A stretch of 64,000 nucleotides of DNA, taken from assembly GCA_951406725.2 (NCBI GenBank), contig OX597839.1:7998001-8062000 (forward strand). The letters run 5' to 3'. The notes beneath the pieces were generated by a model. That model searched no databases. It was not told the DNA's origin and worked only from the letters and a program-made list of their open reading frames with translations. The DNA is from Octopus vulgaris. Lineage: Eukaryota. Numbering within the stretch: the stretch's first letter is position 1; each line of letters begins with the position of its first letter. This document shows, piece after piece, positions 38,752 through 52,679 of this stretch. Both the position numbers and the translations under genes were made by a program.

Positions 38752-38844
38752 TCACCAAATGTCACATATTGGGGGAGGTTCTTCGTGGTAACAGTGTGGC
38801 GCAGAACGGCGGTGCATCAGCATGGCCGCAGCTCTAAGCTGAAA
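38752..38844 (+). mobile_element. 3'-terminal ~90 bp of a CR1-group LINE related to 25883-26481
   Basis: [12 protein letters not shown] parallels DQVPRIRGGFTY*; ends GGTGCATCAGCATGGCCGCAGCTCTAAGCTGAAAC. Confidence 0.65.
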
Positions 38845-38856
38845 CACACAAAAAAA

Positions 38857-38929
<73 letters not shown>

Positions 38930-38945
38930 TTATATACATATTTAC

Positions 38946-38976
<31 letters not shown>

Positions 38977-39000
38977 CATATTTACATATACATATATATA

Positions 39001-39051
<51 letters not shown>

Positions 39052-39067
39052 TCATATACATATTTAC

Positions 39068-39118
<51 letters not shown>

Positions 39119-39128
39119 CGTACATATT

Positions 39129-39171
<43 letters not shown>

Positions 39172-39668
39172 GTAGGAAAATATAAGTTTCATTGATCGTC
39201 AGGGTGTATTTGACAATCATAGCTATGCGATATGTACAGAAAATGCTAAAGATGGCGGTGAGAGATAAAAACTTTCATTGGTGGATTTTGGGAGATGAAA
39301 GTTGGAGTTGGATTAGAGACAGTTTGAAGCGAATCCCTTTTTATCTATGTTTTTAATTTCATTAAATAAGCAGGAATATCACTTAGCAAAACGGCACAGA
39401 ATTAAAAATACAGAGTGAAGAGGGATCTTTCTGTTAATTTTGTGTGGAGGAATGTAATATGATATATAAATATGTGTGTGTGTGTGTGTCGTGTATGTGT
39501 GTGTATGAATGAATATGCATGCATACACACAGACATAGGGTTATATGTCTACACACATATATGTGTATATATTTGTATGCATATATATACATACACACAC
39601 ACACACGCACACAAATACACATACATATATATACGTGACTGTGTTTTGTTTTGTTGTATAGAGTTACA

Positions 39669-39721
<53 letters not shown>

Positions 39722-39796
39722 TAACACACACACACACACAAATACACATACATATATATACGTGAGTGTGTTTTGTTTTGTTGTATAGAGTTACAG

Positions 39797-39856
<60 letters not shown>

Positions 39857-40137
39857 TACACACATATATATATATATATGCGTTTGTGTTTTGCTTTATT
39901 GTATGGAGTTACAGAGACTATCAAGCACTCAGAAAAAATATATACATACACATAGACCCACTCTAAAGATAAAAAAAAATTGGCATATTAGTGCGACAGT
40001 TACATGTCCCCAGTAGAGGGAGCTGTTACCCATCACACTGATTGATTTATGACTGATGGTTATCTCCCCTACTCTGTGTTTCTCCATCCCGCTATCTCTT
40101 TATATCTGTCTCTTTTTCTGACTATGTCAGTCTTTCT

Positions 40138-40251
<114 letters not shown>

Positions 40252-40389
40252 TGTCTCCCAATCTCTTTCTGTGATTTTATCGCTCTGTGCATGTATATAT
40301 GTTTCTGTTAATATTTCTCTGTGTGTGTGTGTGTGTGTCTTTAGCGTGACATACACGCACACACACACACATAGACACATATATACATG

Positions 40390-40422
<33 letters not shown>

Positions 40423-40487
40423 CATATATAATATATATATATATATATAATATATAATATATAATATATATATATATATATAATATA

Positions 40488-40538
<51 letters not shown>

Positions 40539-40647
40539 AAATTAGAGATAAAGCCACTATTAGGCAAATCAAACAGTGAAAGCATAGAAATAAATTAATA
40601 TAATATAAAATATAAAAAGTAAGTTTGTATTTACTCCTTAATATTAT

Positions 40648-40700
<53 letters not shown>

Positions 40701-41286
40701 CTATATATGTATCTATATATATATATGCGCACACGCGTAAACTCTTTTTTTCTTTCTCTCTCCCTCTTTCATACACACACACACATTCGTACATAAATAC
40801 CCCACACACAACTTACAAACACATACGTACATACATACACACATACACACACTGGTTTAACCGACAAGAGTGCACAATATTTATTAAAGTATAATAGTTC
40901 TCTAAACTAAATTCATATTCTGGCTCCTCCAATTACTCCCTCTTGCGATTCTGAGTTCTCTCTCGAAGATGACAATGCCATCATTCTAGAGTAGCGAGAC
41001 ACAAAATTTAACCAGCATAGATTTATATCATAAGTATATGGAGACTGTCAGAAGGTTTTGGTTGACCTGAAGCTATAGTAGAAGACACTTGCCTAAGATG
41101 CCACGCAGTAGGAATAAACCCGGAATCATGTGGATGGTAATTAAGCTACTTACTACACAGCCACATCTGCGCCTATATATATATGAATTCCTATATAAAT
41201 GATTCTCAGTCAATATGTGCGTAATGTGTGTGTAAATATATATATATATACGCCATGATAGATCGTTAGCCACTACACACATTTTT

Positions 41287-41448
41287 TTCTCTCCTTGCTT
41301 TTTCTGTGTCCCTTTCTGCAGAAGAGCGTAGGCTCGAAACGTAAAAGACTTTTTCTATTCCTGAGCGTTATACTAATACATCTGTTTGTTTTGTACACCA
41401 CCTGTCTTCGTCCTTTGTTCTTTCTTTTTTTTTTTGTAAACTCTCCCT
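41287..41448 (+). mobile_element. Short repeat with variant hammerhead motif (41312-41347)
   Basis: CTTT CTGCAGA A GAGC gtag GCTC GAAA CG TA AAAG; homologous to 5578-5745. Confidence 0.7.
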
Positions 41449-41511
41449 ATATATTTATTTCGTTTTTTTTTTTATATTGCTGTGTTATTTATTTGAAATC
41501 TTGTCTAGGTA

Positions 41512-41584
41512 AATGCAGCTGATGAAGACTAATGAAATTTACGTTGTCAAACGTATTTGGAGAGTCAGAAACCGGTCCTGCATT
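41512..41584 (+). ncRNA. Type I hammerhead ribozyme (minimal helix III, GUC site)
   Basis: Helix I AATGCAG/CTGCATT (7 bp), core CTGATGA...GAAA, helix II GACT/AGTC with inner TACGTT/AACGTA hairpin, palindromic ACCGGT, predicted cleavage after 41577. Confidence 0.8.
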
Positions 41585-41775
41585 GTCCGATTCTAGGTTG
41601 TCCATTTATCAAATGTTCTTCCTCGAGGTAAGACAAATTTTTCTCATGTTTGTTACACACACGCGTCTTTGCTAGTATATACGCAGTGAAACTATACAAT
41701 AACGTCGTATTTATTACGTTCGCTATTTTCCAGTAAATATTGGTACCTTGTACCATTTATCTACTTTTATATACA

Positions 41776-41861
<86 letters not shown>

Positions 41862-41867
<6 letters not shown>

Positions 41868-41977
41868 AAGGAGCTTCTACGGGACTAGAACTGTTTCATT
41901 CAAAAGAAATCATCAGGAAGTTCTGATGATTTCTTTTGAATGAAACAGTTCTAGTCCTGTAGAAACTCCTTCTATAA
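41862..41977. repeat. 55-bp-arm inverted repeat with 6-nt spacer; each arm begins with a hammerhead-like core
   Basis: Arms 41862-41916 and 41923-41977 match 53/55; each reads outward CTGATGATTTCTTTTGAATGAAACAGTT. Confidence 0.9.
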
Positions 41978-42057
41978 AATAAATTAATTTAATCTGCTAT
42001 GTATTGAGTACCTTATTTACTGTGGTTAACCCCGACTCAACCCGGGACCTACATATA

Positions 42058-42100
<43 letters not shown>

Positions 42101-42520
42101 GTATATGTATATGTATATACACACACATACATATATGGGTGTGTGCACTTGTTTATATCTACTTGTGTTTGTTTTTGTTGCCAAATTTTACAAGTGTTCA
42201 TCAGTGTTATGTAAGGGTATAGCTTCGGCCGAATGTGTATCTATGCGTCCGTATCATATCATGTCGTCGGTGCAACAGAAGAACTGTATCAAACCGAAAG
42301 TCCTCATAATAATTAGTACATTTAAAATTCTACAATACGAAACAAGAAATAAAAAATATAAATGAAAGGGAAAAACACCCAAAACCTCTCCGACCACGTC
42401 TCTAATAAATCTACACCACCCACCTCTTCGCTTTCAACATACCCGTCTTGTTATTCTTCTGTCTCCCTCACTCTTTCTCTCTCTCTGTTTCTCTCTGTCT
42501 ATCTCTTTCCGCCTCTCTCT

Positions 42521-42565
<45 letters not shown>

Positions 42566-42607
42566 TATACATATATATACATATATATAATATATATATA
42601 TATATAT

Positions 42608-42643
<36 letters not shown>

Positions 42644-42703
42644 CATATATATACATATATGTGTATATATATATATACATATATATGTATATACATATAT
42701 ATG

Positions 42704-42761
<58 letters not shown>

Positions 42762-42803
42762 ATATATATATATATACATATATATATACATATATATATA
42801 TAT

Positions 42804-42854
<51 letters not shown>

Positions 42855-43374
42855 TATATACATATATATATATATGTGTGTGTGTGTGTCTGTATTTTTT
42901 CATTACGCTTCCTACATCCCACGATATTCGCCCACCCTGCTTTTAACTTCCTTATTCAAATTAATATAATACAATAAATAACACAGCAATATAAAGAAGA
43001 AGAAAAAAAACGAAATAAATATAATCATGAAAATCAGATAAAATAAAAACAGCCAGGGCTTCCACTGGCGATCGACAACACCGTCCATTTCTAAATTCTG
43101 TGTTCTACATATCCGGCTTAGAATATTTGTGATCCCGGTCGATCATTATTATTATTATTGTTATTGTTGTTGTTGTTGTTGCTGTTGTTATTGCTGTTGT
43201 TGTGGTGGTGGTGGTGGTGTGTGTGGGACATTGTAGTGTTTATTTTTATTGATATTGTTGTTACTGTTATAGTTGTTGTTGTTGGTGGTGGTGGTGTTAT
43301 TATTATTACTACTGATATTTTTATTATTATTGTTATTGTTGTTGTGGTTGTTGTTGTTGTTATTATTACTATTA

Positions 43375-43465
43375 TCATCACCATCATCATCTCGTCATCG
43401 TCATTATCATCATGATCGTCAATATCATGATCATCATCACGACCACCATCATGATCATCATCATC

Positions 43466-43497
<32 letters not shown>

Positions 43498-43829
43498 CGT
43501 CATCATCATTGTCATCGTCATTATCGTCATCGACATCATCATCATCATCATCATCTTCGTCATCGTTATCATCGTCCCAATCAACATCGTCATCATAATC
43601 ATCATCATCATCATCATCATAATCATCATCGTCATCATCATCATCATCATCATCATCAACATCATCGTTATCGTCATCCTCATCATCATCGTCATAATCA
43701 CCATCGTCGTCATCATCATCATCATCATCATCTTAATCATCATCGTCATCATCATCATCATCATCATCATCAACATCGTCATAATCATCATCGTCGTCAT
43801 CATCATCATCATCATCTTAATCATCATCG

Positions 43830-43861
<32 letters not shown>

Positions 43862-44060
43862 GTCATAATCATCATCGTCGTCATCATCATCATCATCATC
43901 TTAATCATCATCGTCGTCATCATCATCATCATCATCATCATCTTAATCATCATCGTCATCAACATCATCGTTATCGTCATCGTCATCATCATTGTCATCA
44001 TCACCATCGTTCTCCTCATCATAAGCGTCGACGTCATTATAATTATTATTATTATTATCA
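43375..44060. repeat. (CAT)n degenerate repeat with higher-order units
   Basis: Recurrent CATCTTAATCATCATCGT blocks. Confidence 0.9.
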
Positions 44061-45244
44061 TTGGTGTTGTTATTTTCTTCATGTTTCCTGATCCATTTAA
44101 AACTCCTAAGTTCCACAACAACACCGAAAAGCAGCCCCCCACCCACCCACATCCCGTCCCAATACACAACACTAACACGAAATACACTACAGACCCCTCA
44201 CCCACTAGCCACCCATCCAATCACACCCACTTTTACCACCACCATCGCCCCCACCCCCCACCACAAAGCCACCATTGCTTCATCAGTAACTGTTCTTCAG
44301 TTCTTACGTAGTTCCGTACCAAAGCATGCGTCAGTATATATATATATATATACACATATACATACATGCATACATAAACACACACATACACACACACTCA
44401 CACACACACACACACATATATATACACATATATATATATACACACGCACATATATATATACGTATACCTATATATATATACATATATATATTTACATATA
44501 TACATACACACACATGTATATATATATACATATTCATATAAACATACATATACGCTAATATAATTAAGCAATGTACTCACACACAAATATGCTGTATGTA
44601 CTTACATGTGTGTGTATATATACCCACATAAGCAAACACACGTAAACATATACATATATATGTGTATATATATATATACATATATTTACATACGCATATA
44701 CATACACGCGTGCACACATATAAGCATACACACACAAACATATTGCAACAATACACAAACATATAACCACACATATACAAGAACATATGCACGCATACTT
44801 AACCAATTGAGAGCGTTTAAATTCATTATGCTTCGAACCTCAATGTCGAAGTGATTTTGTTTATTTTCCTTCTTAGTATATTTTTTTTATTTAGTTGTTT
44901 TGGCTTATCTCCCTCCTCGCCTCCACCTCCACCTCTTACTCACTGTTATAATGCTTTCAACATTTCCAATATATTCCGACATATCCGGCTCCATATCCGT
45001 GTGATCCTTTATTTCCTGTTCCATTGAAAACTCCGCTAATTCTCGGCTCAGCGTTTTATTAAATTTGATTCGGCTCTGAGCGGTGTCTGAAACCTACATG
45101 TGCGTCGCAGCTCTAATACTATTAACATTTTATGCATACGTGTCTATATCTGTATGTTAGTGTATGTGTATGTGTATTTATGTGTGTTTGTATGTGTGTG
45201 TGTATGTATCTGTTTTTGTGTGCATATACACGTAATAACATACA

Positions 45245-45278
<34 letters not shown>

Positions 45279-45676
45279 AGCGCCTGTAAACATGAAACTC
45301 CACTCATACACACATACACACATAGACATGGTTATAATATGATATGCACGAATTTAGGCACATACACATATACCATGCACACGCAAACAGACACACTCAT
45401 ACACGCATATATGAGAATACAAACATACGCCTACAGAATTACCGACACAAATATGCATACGTGAGCGCACACACACACATGCATTCAAATACAAACACAC
45501 ACACACACACACACACATACACACACACACACACACAGACACGCACACACACACACACACACATGCATTCAAATACAAACACTTGTTCACATAAGCACAA
45601 ACGTGACGAATTTTCAAACACTCCATGGAACATTTGCAAGCACAGAATGGAACATTTGTACACACATACATGCAAC

Positions 45677-45728
<52 letters not shown>

Positions 45729-46066
45729 GCGCGCATACGCACACACATACGCACACACTGCAGCACACAGAGCACACTGCAAGACACTTCCCTAGAATTC
45801 ATTCAAAAGTACATCTTTCCACAAAGACTCGGACATTTTTTTTTTTGCTCACACTAACTCATAGACGAACATGCATATTCACTTCAGCACAATCAATGGT
45901 TCTGACATATGCAACTTCACATAACATAACCTTAGCGCGTACTCATAGAAACATTTATTGGTGTCCAAATTCATTCATTTGAAATTTTGGAATTCTTAAA
46001 CTATATTATCGTTTGTCTTTGAAATCTCTGCTATTCTCTCCCTCACGATATATGTGTGTGTGTGCG

Positions 46067-46114
<48 letters not shown>

Positions 46115-46158
46115 CGTGCATTTGTGGATGCAAGTCCGAAAAGAGAATTTCGAACCAG

Positions 46159-46209
46159 TCTTAACTGATGAAGCAACGGAAATTGCCGAAACTGACGTCA
46201 GTATTAAGA
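46159..46209 (+). ncRNA. Type I hammerhead ribozyme (GUA site)
   Basis: Helix I TCTTAA/TTAAGA, CTGATGA, helix II GCAA/TTGC, GAAA, helix III palindrome ACTGACGTCAGT, predicted cleavage after 46203. Confidence 0.8.
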
Positions 46210-46454
46210 ATTATCGATCGACACCTTTCGGACGATTAAGGTTCCTGATAGTGGATATGCTTATATTTATGTGCACTGACTACAGTATTAGGATATCTTA
46301 GCTGCTTTTTCTAGCAATATAGGTTTCCTAGCACCCTTGTTGCATTTAATGACACTTATAATTCTTCAATTTGGTGATACGTTGCAAACTGCTGTTTATA
46401 TTAATTTTATGTATACTCTTATATATATATATATATTCTTTTATTCTTATATAC

Positions 46455-46773
46455 TTTTACTTGTCTCAGTCATTTCACTGCCGCCAGGTCTTATTCTTTG
46501 TAAGCCTAATACTTATTCTATCGGTCTTTTTTGCCGAACCGCTAAGTTACGGGTTGTCAAGCGATGCTGGAGGGACAAACAGACAAACAAACATATACAT
46601 ACACAAACATATATATATATACACGACGGACATCTTTCAGTTTCCGTCTACCAATTCCACTCACAAGGCTTTGGTCGGCCCGAGGCTATAGTGGGAGACA
46701 CTTGCCCAATTGCCACGCAGTGGGACTGAACCCGGAACCATGTGGTTGATAAGCAAGCTACTTACCGCACAGC
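46455..46773 (-). mobile_element. SINE family B with deletions; inverted tail fragment follows at 46813-46893
   Basis: Reverse complement of family B motifs. Confidence 0.85.
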
Positions 46774-46892
46774 CGGTTTTACAGATTTTTACAGTTCCAG
46801 TGATGGATTGGATCCTGGGGTCGTTTTGCTCGACTAAAAGGCGATGCTCCGGTATGGCCGAAGTCACATGACTGAAACAAGTAAAAGAATAA

Positions 46893-46975
<83 letters not shown>

Positions 46976-47022
46976 GCGTGCGTCCTTGGTGTGACTCTGT
47001 GTGTGTGTATGTGTATGTGTGT

Positions 47023-47110
<88 letters not shown>

Positions 47111-47523
47111 AATTGGTGCCAGTGGACACAGCTGGTGTTAGTGGTAAATCGATGGTTCTTATTTTTTTTTCATGAACGTTTTCAGGGCAACGCTATTTGA
47201 AACAGCCTGTACTTCATGGCCGTGATTAGAGAATTTGCTGTGAAAGTTTGCTGATAGTTTATATATGTCAGTGTGCTGTTGCTGGTTAGCAAGGTGGCGG
47301 GGTAGAACAAGTTCCATAAAAATGTTTCAAATATCGGACACATTAAAAAAAATAATAGTAATTTATATTAATATTGCATTTATAATTTATTGATTGAATT
47401 TGTTTTGATGTTTGTCAAAGTCATGGTTTTATTGTTATTGTTGTTCTTCTACGTGGTGGTGGTGGCGGTGGTGGTGGACAATAGTTATTATTAATGTTGT
47501 TCTTGCTGTTATAATTGTTGTTG

Positions 47524-47938
47524 TTTACTCTTTTACTCTTTTACTTGTTTCAGTCATTTGACTGCAGCCATGCTGGAGCACCGCTTTTAATCGATCAACT
47601 CGACCCCAGGACTTATTCTTTTGTAAGCCCAGTACTTATTCTATCAGTCTCTTTTGCCGAGCCGCTAAGTTACGGGGACATAAACACACCAGCATCGGTT
47701 GTCAAGCAATGCTAGGGGGACAAACTCAGACACACAAGCACACATACATATATATATATATACATACATATATACGACGGGCTTCTTTCAGTTTCCGTCT
47801 ACCAAATCCACTCACAAGGCTTTGGTCGGCCCGAGGCTATAGTAGAAGACACTTGCCCAAGGTGCCACGCAGTGGGACTGAACCCGGAACCATGTGGCTG
47901 GTAAACAAGCTACTTACCACACAGCCACTCCTGCGCCT
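47524..47938 (-). mobile_element. SINE family B, full length, well conserved
   Basis: Minus: AGGCGCAGGAGTGGCTGTGTGGTAAG...GACTGAAACAAGTAAAAGAGTAAAAGAG. Confidence 0.92.
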
Positions 47939-48599
47939 ACTGCTGTGTTTGTTTTTAGTTCTTGCTGTTGCAGTTGTCGGTTAGGCTCCAGCCATTTGCC
48001 ATGAAGTTGCTCAACAACACCGCACTTACAGACGTGCCGTCTCCTTTCTCTGACTTTCTGCCGAACTACAATGGGCTCAGTTCCTCCGAGCTAACTGGTC
48101 ACTCACTCTTAGGTCACTTCTCTCTCTCTCCCCTCTTCTCATCCTCCCACCCGTACTAAACACACACTACCTTTGGTCCTTCCTTCCTTCGATATCGGCC
48201 ATCTAGATTCATCGATTTCTACACATGCCACTTCTGCTGTTATCGAACTGCAACTGTTGAAGTGAGACTCTGATTGTATCAATCTTTCTGGTCTTAGATA
48301 CTCTGCTAACCCATCAACACTGTACATTCCTCTGCTAACCCATCAACACTGTACATTCCTCTTCTCCTCAGATGTCAATTTGACTGGCCGCAGTCAAATA
48401 AACATCTGATCAAAGATATTCTAGCCATGTCTGTCCTATCTTTATTCTGACAGTATACATCAAATGTATATCATTCACCTATGAAGAAGATAATTGTAAT
48501 TTAAGAGTTGTTTTAGTTATTTTTAGCATGTCGGGCGATTACGCAGCGAATCATTCATTGTCTCGTTGCTGCCCCTGTGCTTATCGATATTATAAGATT

Positions 48600-48864
48600 T
48601 TGACTGACGACAGAATCGTTAGCGCGTCGAACAAAGCTTGCTCTACTTGTTCGGTTCTTTACCTTCTAGATTCAAACCCGCTATAATTAGCAATACCCTT
48701 CATCCTTTCTTGACCGATCAAATAAGTACCAGTGATATATTGGAGTCGATGCTATCGACTAGTCCTCTCCCATCAAATTTCAGGCCTTGTGCCTTTAGTA
48801 GAAAGGATCATTATTATTATTGTTGTTGTTGTTGTTGTTGTTGATGTTATTGTTGTTGTTGTTG

Positions 48865-48933
<69 letters not shown>

Positions 48934-49172
48934 TATTGGCATAATCGTTAGCACGCGAAATGCTTAACGGCATTTCGTCAGTATTTACGTTCTGGATTCA
49001 AATTTCGCCGAGGTTGACTTTACCTTTCATCCTCTCGAGGTAGATAAAATAAATACCATTTGAGTACTGGGGTCGATCTAATTGATTTATCTCATATTCC
49101 AAATTGCAGGCCTATCTAATCAAACTGGCACTCTCCCCAAAAATTTCGCGTCTTCTGCCTGAAGTAGAAAAG
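48600..49172 (+). mobile_element. Two degenerate SINE A' copies (~48600-48808, ~48938-49172), each followed by (ATT)n; another at ~51405-51600
   Basis: ATCGTTAGC..., TTCATCCT..., AAATTTC(A/G)..CCTTGTGCCT..AGTAGAAA tail. Confidence 0.75.
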
Positions 49173-49217
<45 letters not shown>

Positions 49218-49240
49218 GCTGCTGCTGCTGCTGCTGCTGC

Positions 49241-49280
<40 letters not shown>

Positions 49281-49489
49281 ATAGTTTTGTGTTTGTCGTC
49301 ATAACGGAGAATCAATTTCACTCAATCAAATGAGTGTTGTTTTTGTGAGCTGAATTTAAATTTTGTTTTTAATGCATTTTTATATCGGTTTCTTTGACTC
49401 CCTCCACTTGATAGCTTCCATTTTCTTTTTTCAATTTCCCCATCATTATCACTGCCATGTTGATTAATTTTGCAATTGTTATTTTTGTA

Positions 49490-49523
49490 GCAGTAGTAGT
49501 AGTAGAAGTAGTAGTAGTAGTAA

Positions 49524-49593
<70 letters not shown>

Positions 49594-49630
49594 AGTAGTA
49601 GTAGTAGTGGTGGTAGTAGTGGTAGTAGTG

Positions 49631-49669
<39 letters not shown>

Positions 49670-50918
49670 ATGATGCTAGTGGGAGAGGCTGGCGATGATA
49701 GCGGTCGTGAAAATGGTGGTGGTGTGATAATGAGAACAGTAAGAAAGTTAGTGGCTGTGTGGTTGATGTTGATGTTGATGTTGGTGTTGATATAATTACT
49801 GGTGTTGGTGATGGTAGTGGTGTGGTGATGGTGTTGGTGTGGTGGTGGTGTGGTGGTGGTGTGGTGATGGTGGTGGTGGTGGTGGTGGTAGTCGTCGTCG
49901 TGTTCGTTATAATGGTGGTGGTAGCGATGATGGTGGTCGTTGTAGTGATGGTGATGGTGGTGGTGGTGGTGGTGGTGGTGGTAGTGGTGGTTGTGGTGGA
50001 GATGATAGTGGTACTGGTGTTGCTGGTGGCGGTAATGACGGTGGTGCTTGTAGTGATGGTGGTGGTGATGGTGGTGGTGGTGGTGGTGGTAGTTGCAGTC
50101 GTGGCGGCAGTGGTGGTAATGATGATTATGACGATAGTAGTGATGTTGATGGTGATGGTGATGGTGGTGGTGGTGGTGGTGGTATTGATGGTTATAGTGG
50201 TGGTGGTGGTGGTGATTGCAATCACAGTGGCAGTGGTGGCCTTGAGGTGTGGGTTCTCTTGTAGTTGTAGTTGTGTTTGTTGATTCAAAGGATGTTGACC
50301 GGATTGATACACGACAGCACAGCGGACACTGAACCAACAAGTCGGCGGTTCGTTTCCTGTCACCGATATTTGTGTCGTCGCCATGGCTTCAGAGGATTCG
50401 CTCCATCTCGCTGTAATTACTCAAGTCAACTAAACAAATGGTGATGTCAGTTATGGTATGAACGATCGAAGTGGTGATGATGCTGATGCTGATGGTGTTG
50501 AAATGTGATGCTAGCGACTAAGATCATCATCGTCATCATCATCATCGTCATCATTATCGTTGTCGTCGTCTTCTTCATCATCATCGTTTTGTCGTCATTA
50601 TCATCATCATCGTCGTTGTCGTCATCGTCATCATCATCATCATCATCATTATCGTCATCACCATCATCATTGTCGTTGTCCTTGTCGTCATCATCACCAT
50701 CATCATTGTCGTTGTCATCATCATCATCATCATCATTATCGTTGTCACCGTCTTCATCATCGTCATCATCATCATCATTGCCATCATCGTCGTCGTCGTC
50801 TTCATCATAATCGTCTTCGTAATCGCCTTCGTTATCATCATCATGATAATCATCAGCGTTGTAGTCATTGTCTTCGTCATCACCATCATTGTCATCATCA
50901 TCATTGTCGTCGTTATTG

Positions 50919-50964
<46 letters not shown>

Positions 50965-50990
50965 TATCATCATCATTCCCATCATCATCA
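49490..50990. repeat. (GTA)n, (GGT)n and (CAT)n trinucleotide fields
   Basis: Direct inspection. Confidence 0.9.
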
Positions 50991-51667
50991 ACATCATTTA
51001 CATTTCTATATGCAATATATCCATAAGTAACCGGTCAGTCCTCGTAAGGCCGCACGCTTAAACTTTTCATATAACCTGGTCATCGAATACAAGGCTTTCC
51101 AATCTGCCCATTCGATAAAGCGACATAGAATGCCTTATTATTTGTTCAACATTCTGATTTCAAATCATGCCATGAGTTAACCTTAATTTTTCTCATTCCA
51201 ATGCCAATATAATTCCTTCACACCTCACCTCCAAAGTTTAGCCTTGTTCTAAAGAGCAGAGAATTTGCAAACTTATTACAGCATTGGACAAGATATTTGT
51301 TAAGTATTCCATCCGACTCTTTAGCTTTGCCGTTCAATCTTCGGCAAAATTAAGTAGCAGACATGTATTGACACACACACACACACACACATTTATAAAT
51401 CTGTATCGTTAGTACGGCGAGCAAAATGCCTAGCGTCATTCCGCACAACTTTACGTTCTGAGTTCAATTTCCGCCTAAGTCGACTTTGCCTTTCATCCTT
51501 TCGGGGTCGATAAATTAAATACTAGTTGCGTACTGGGGTCGATCTAATCAAACTGGCACCCTCCACCAAAATTTCGCGCCTTGTGCCTGAAGTAGAAAAG
51601 ATTATTATTATTATTATTATTGTTATTATTATCATCATCATCATCATCATCATCATCGTCATCCTCG

Positions 51668-51753
<86 letters not shown>

Positions 51754-51906
51754 GCTATTATTATTATTATTTTACAATCAAACGATGAAAGATATTTATA
51801 AATCTATATCGTTATATTTGGGGACGGTCATATTGTGCCAATTAAACACACGCACTATATATTTGATTTTCACTTCAGCTTTATTACTATTATTTTAGTT
51901 TCTTTG

Positions 51907-52600
51907 TCATAGTTCTTGCGTCACACATTCTGTAACCTCTTCAGCGACTCTCCGTCTCATGTGTCTCCTCATGTTCTGCTTAATCCATCTTGTCTTTCTT
52001 ATAAATCCTCTTTCACCAATCTTCTGTTTCATGTATAAGCATTGACATTTGCCTTTGGATAAAATGCTCCATACGCATTTCGGGTGTTCTCTTTTCTCTA
52101 ATACTTCTATTTCATCTAACGTCCAATTCATAATTCCAGCAGTATAAAGCAATACGGCAGTTGCCCATATGTTAATCCTTTTATCAGATTCCTTGAATTA
52201 AGTTTGAACTTCATAACAAGATTTAATCTCTTTAAATATATCACTTTCATCCCTCCCACCTACCACCACTGCCCCATTTCTTTATGCAACACTCTAGAAA
52301 GCCTACCGAAACCAACACATTATTATTGATCATTTTCTTGTATTTGAAAAGGGAATCTTCCTCGAGAATTAAAGAATCATTAAACAACCTATGTCAGGGA
52401 ACACACGATATCTTTTCTCTTGTCATCATTCGACATCACCTTACACAATTCTTCAACTGCTTACTCAAAGGTTCTTGCAAGCATTTATCTCACTTACGCA
52501 TAATATCTTCGAGATCCAGCATGTCAACATTCTTGCATCAGGTTCTAAAATCCGTCTTTTATTCCATTAAAATTCGGTTTCTTTCATCTGTTCAAGGCTA
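51907..52600 (-). pseudogene. Decayed R4/Dong-like LINE fragment
   Basis: Minus: KLNSRNLIK/INIWATAVLLYTAGIMNWTLDEIEVL...LYMKQKIGERG, matching the post-RT region of the element at 25.3-25.6 kb; the part beyond ~52260 is less certain. Confidence 0.65.
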
Positions 52601-52679
52601 AAGTTGCACATTTTGATGTACCAAATGCTATTTCAATATCACTGAAACCTATTTTGCTGGATTAACAAGCGAATATATA

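Noticed and set aside
39181-39210. Minus-strand CTGACGA-TCAAT-GAAAC
   Set aside because: No helix II or helix I pairing; the similar CTGACGA near 6936 also lacks GAAA
47985-48360. Possible old LINE 3' fragment and a ~29-bp tandem duplication at 48301-48359
   Set aside because: Only faint protein resemblance across frameshifts; the duplication is unremarkable
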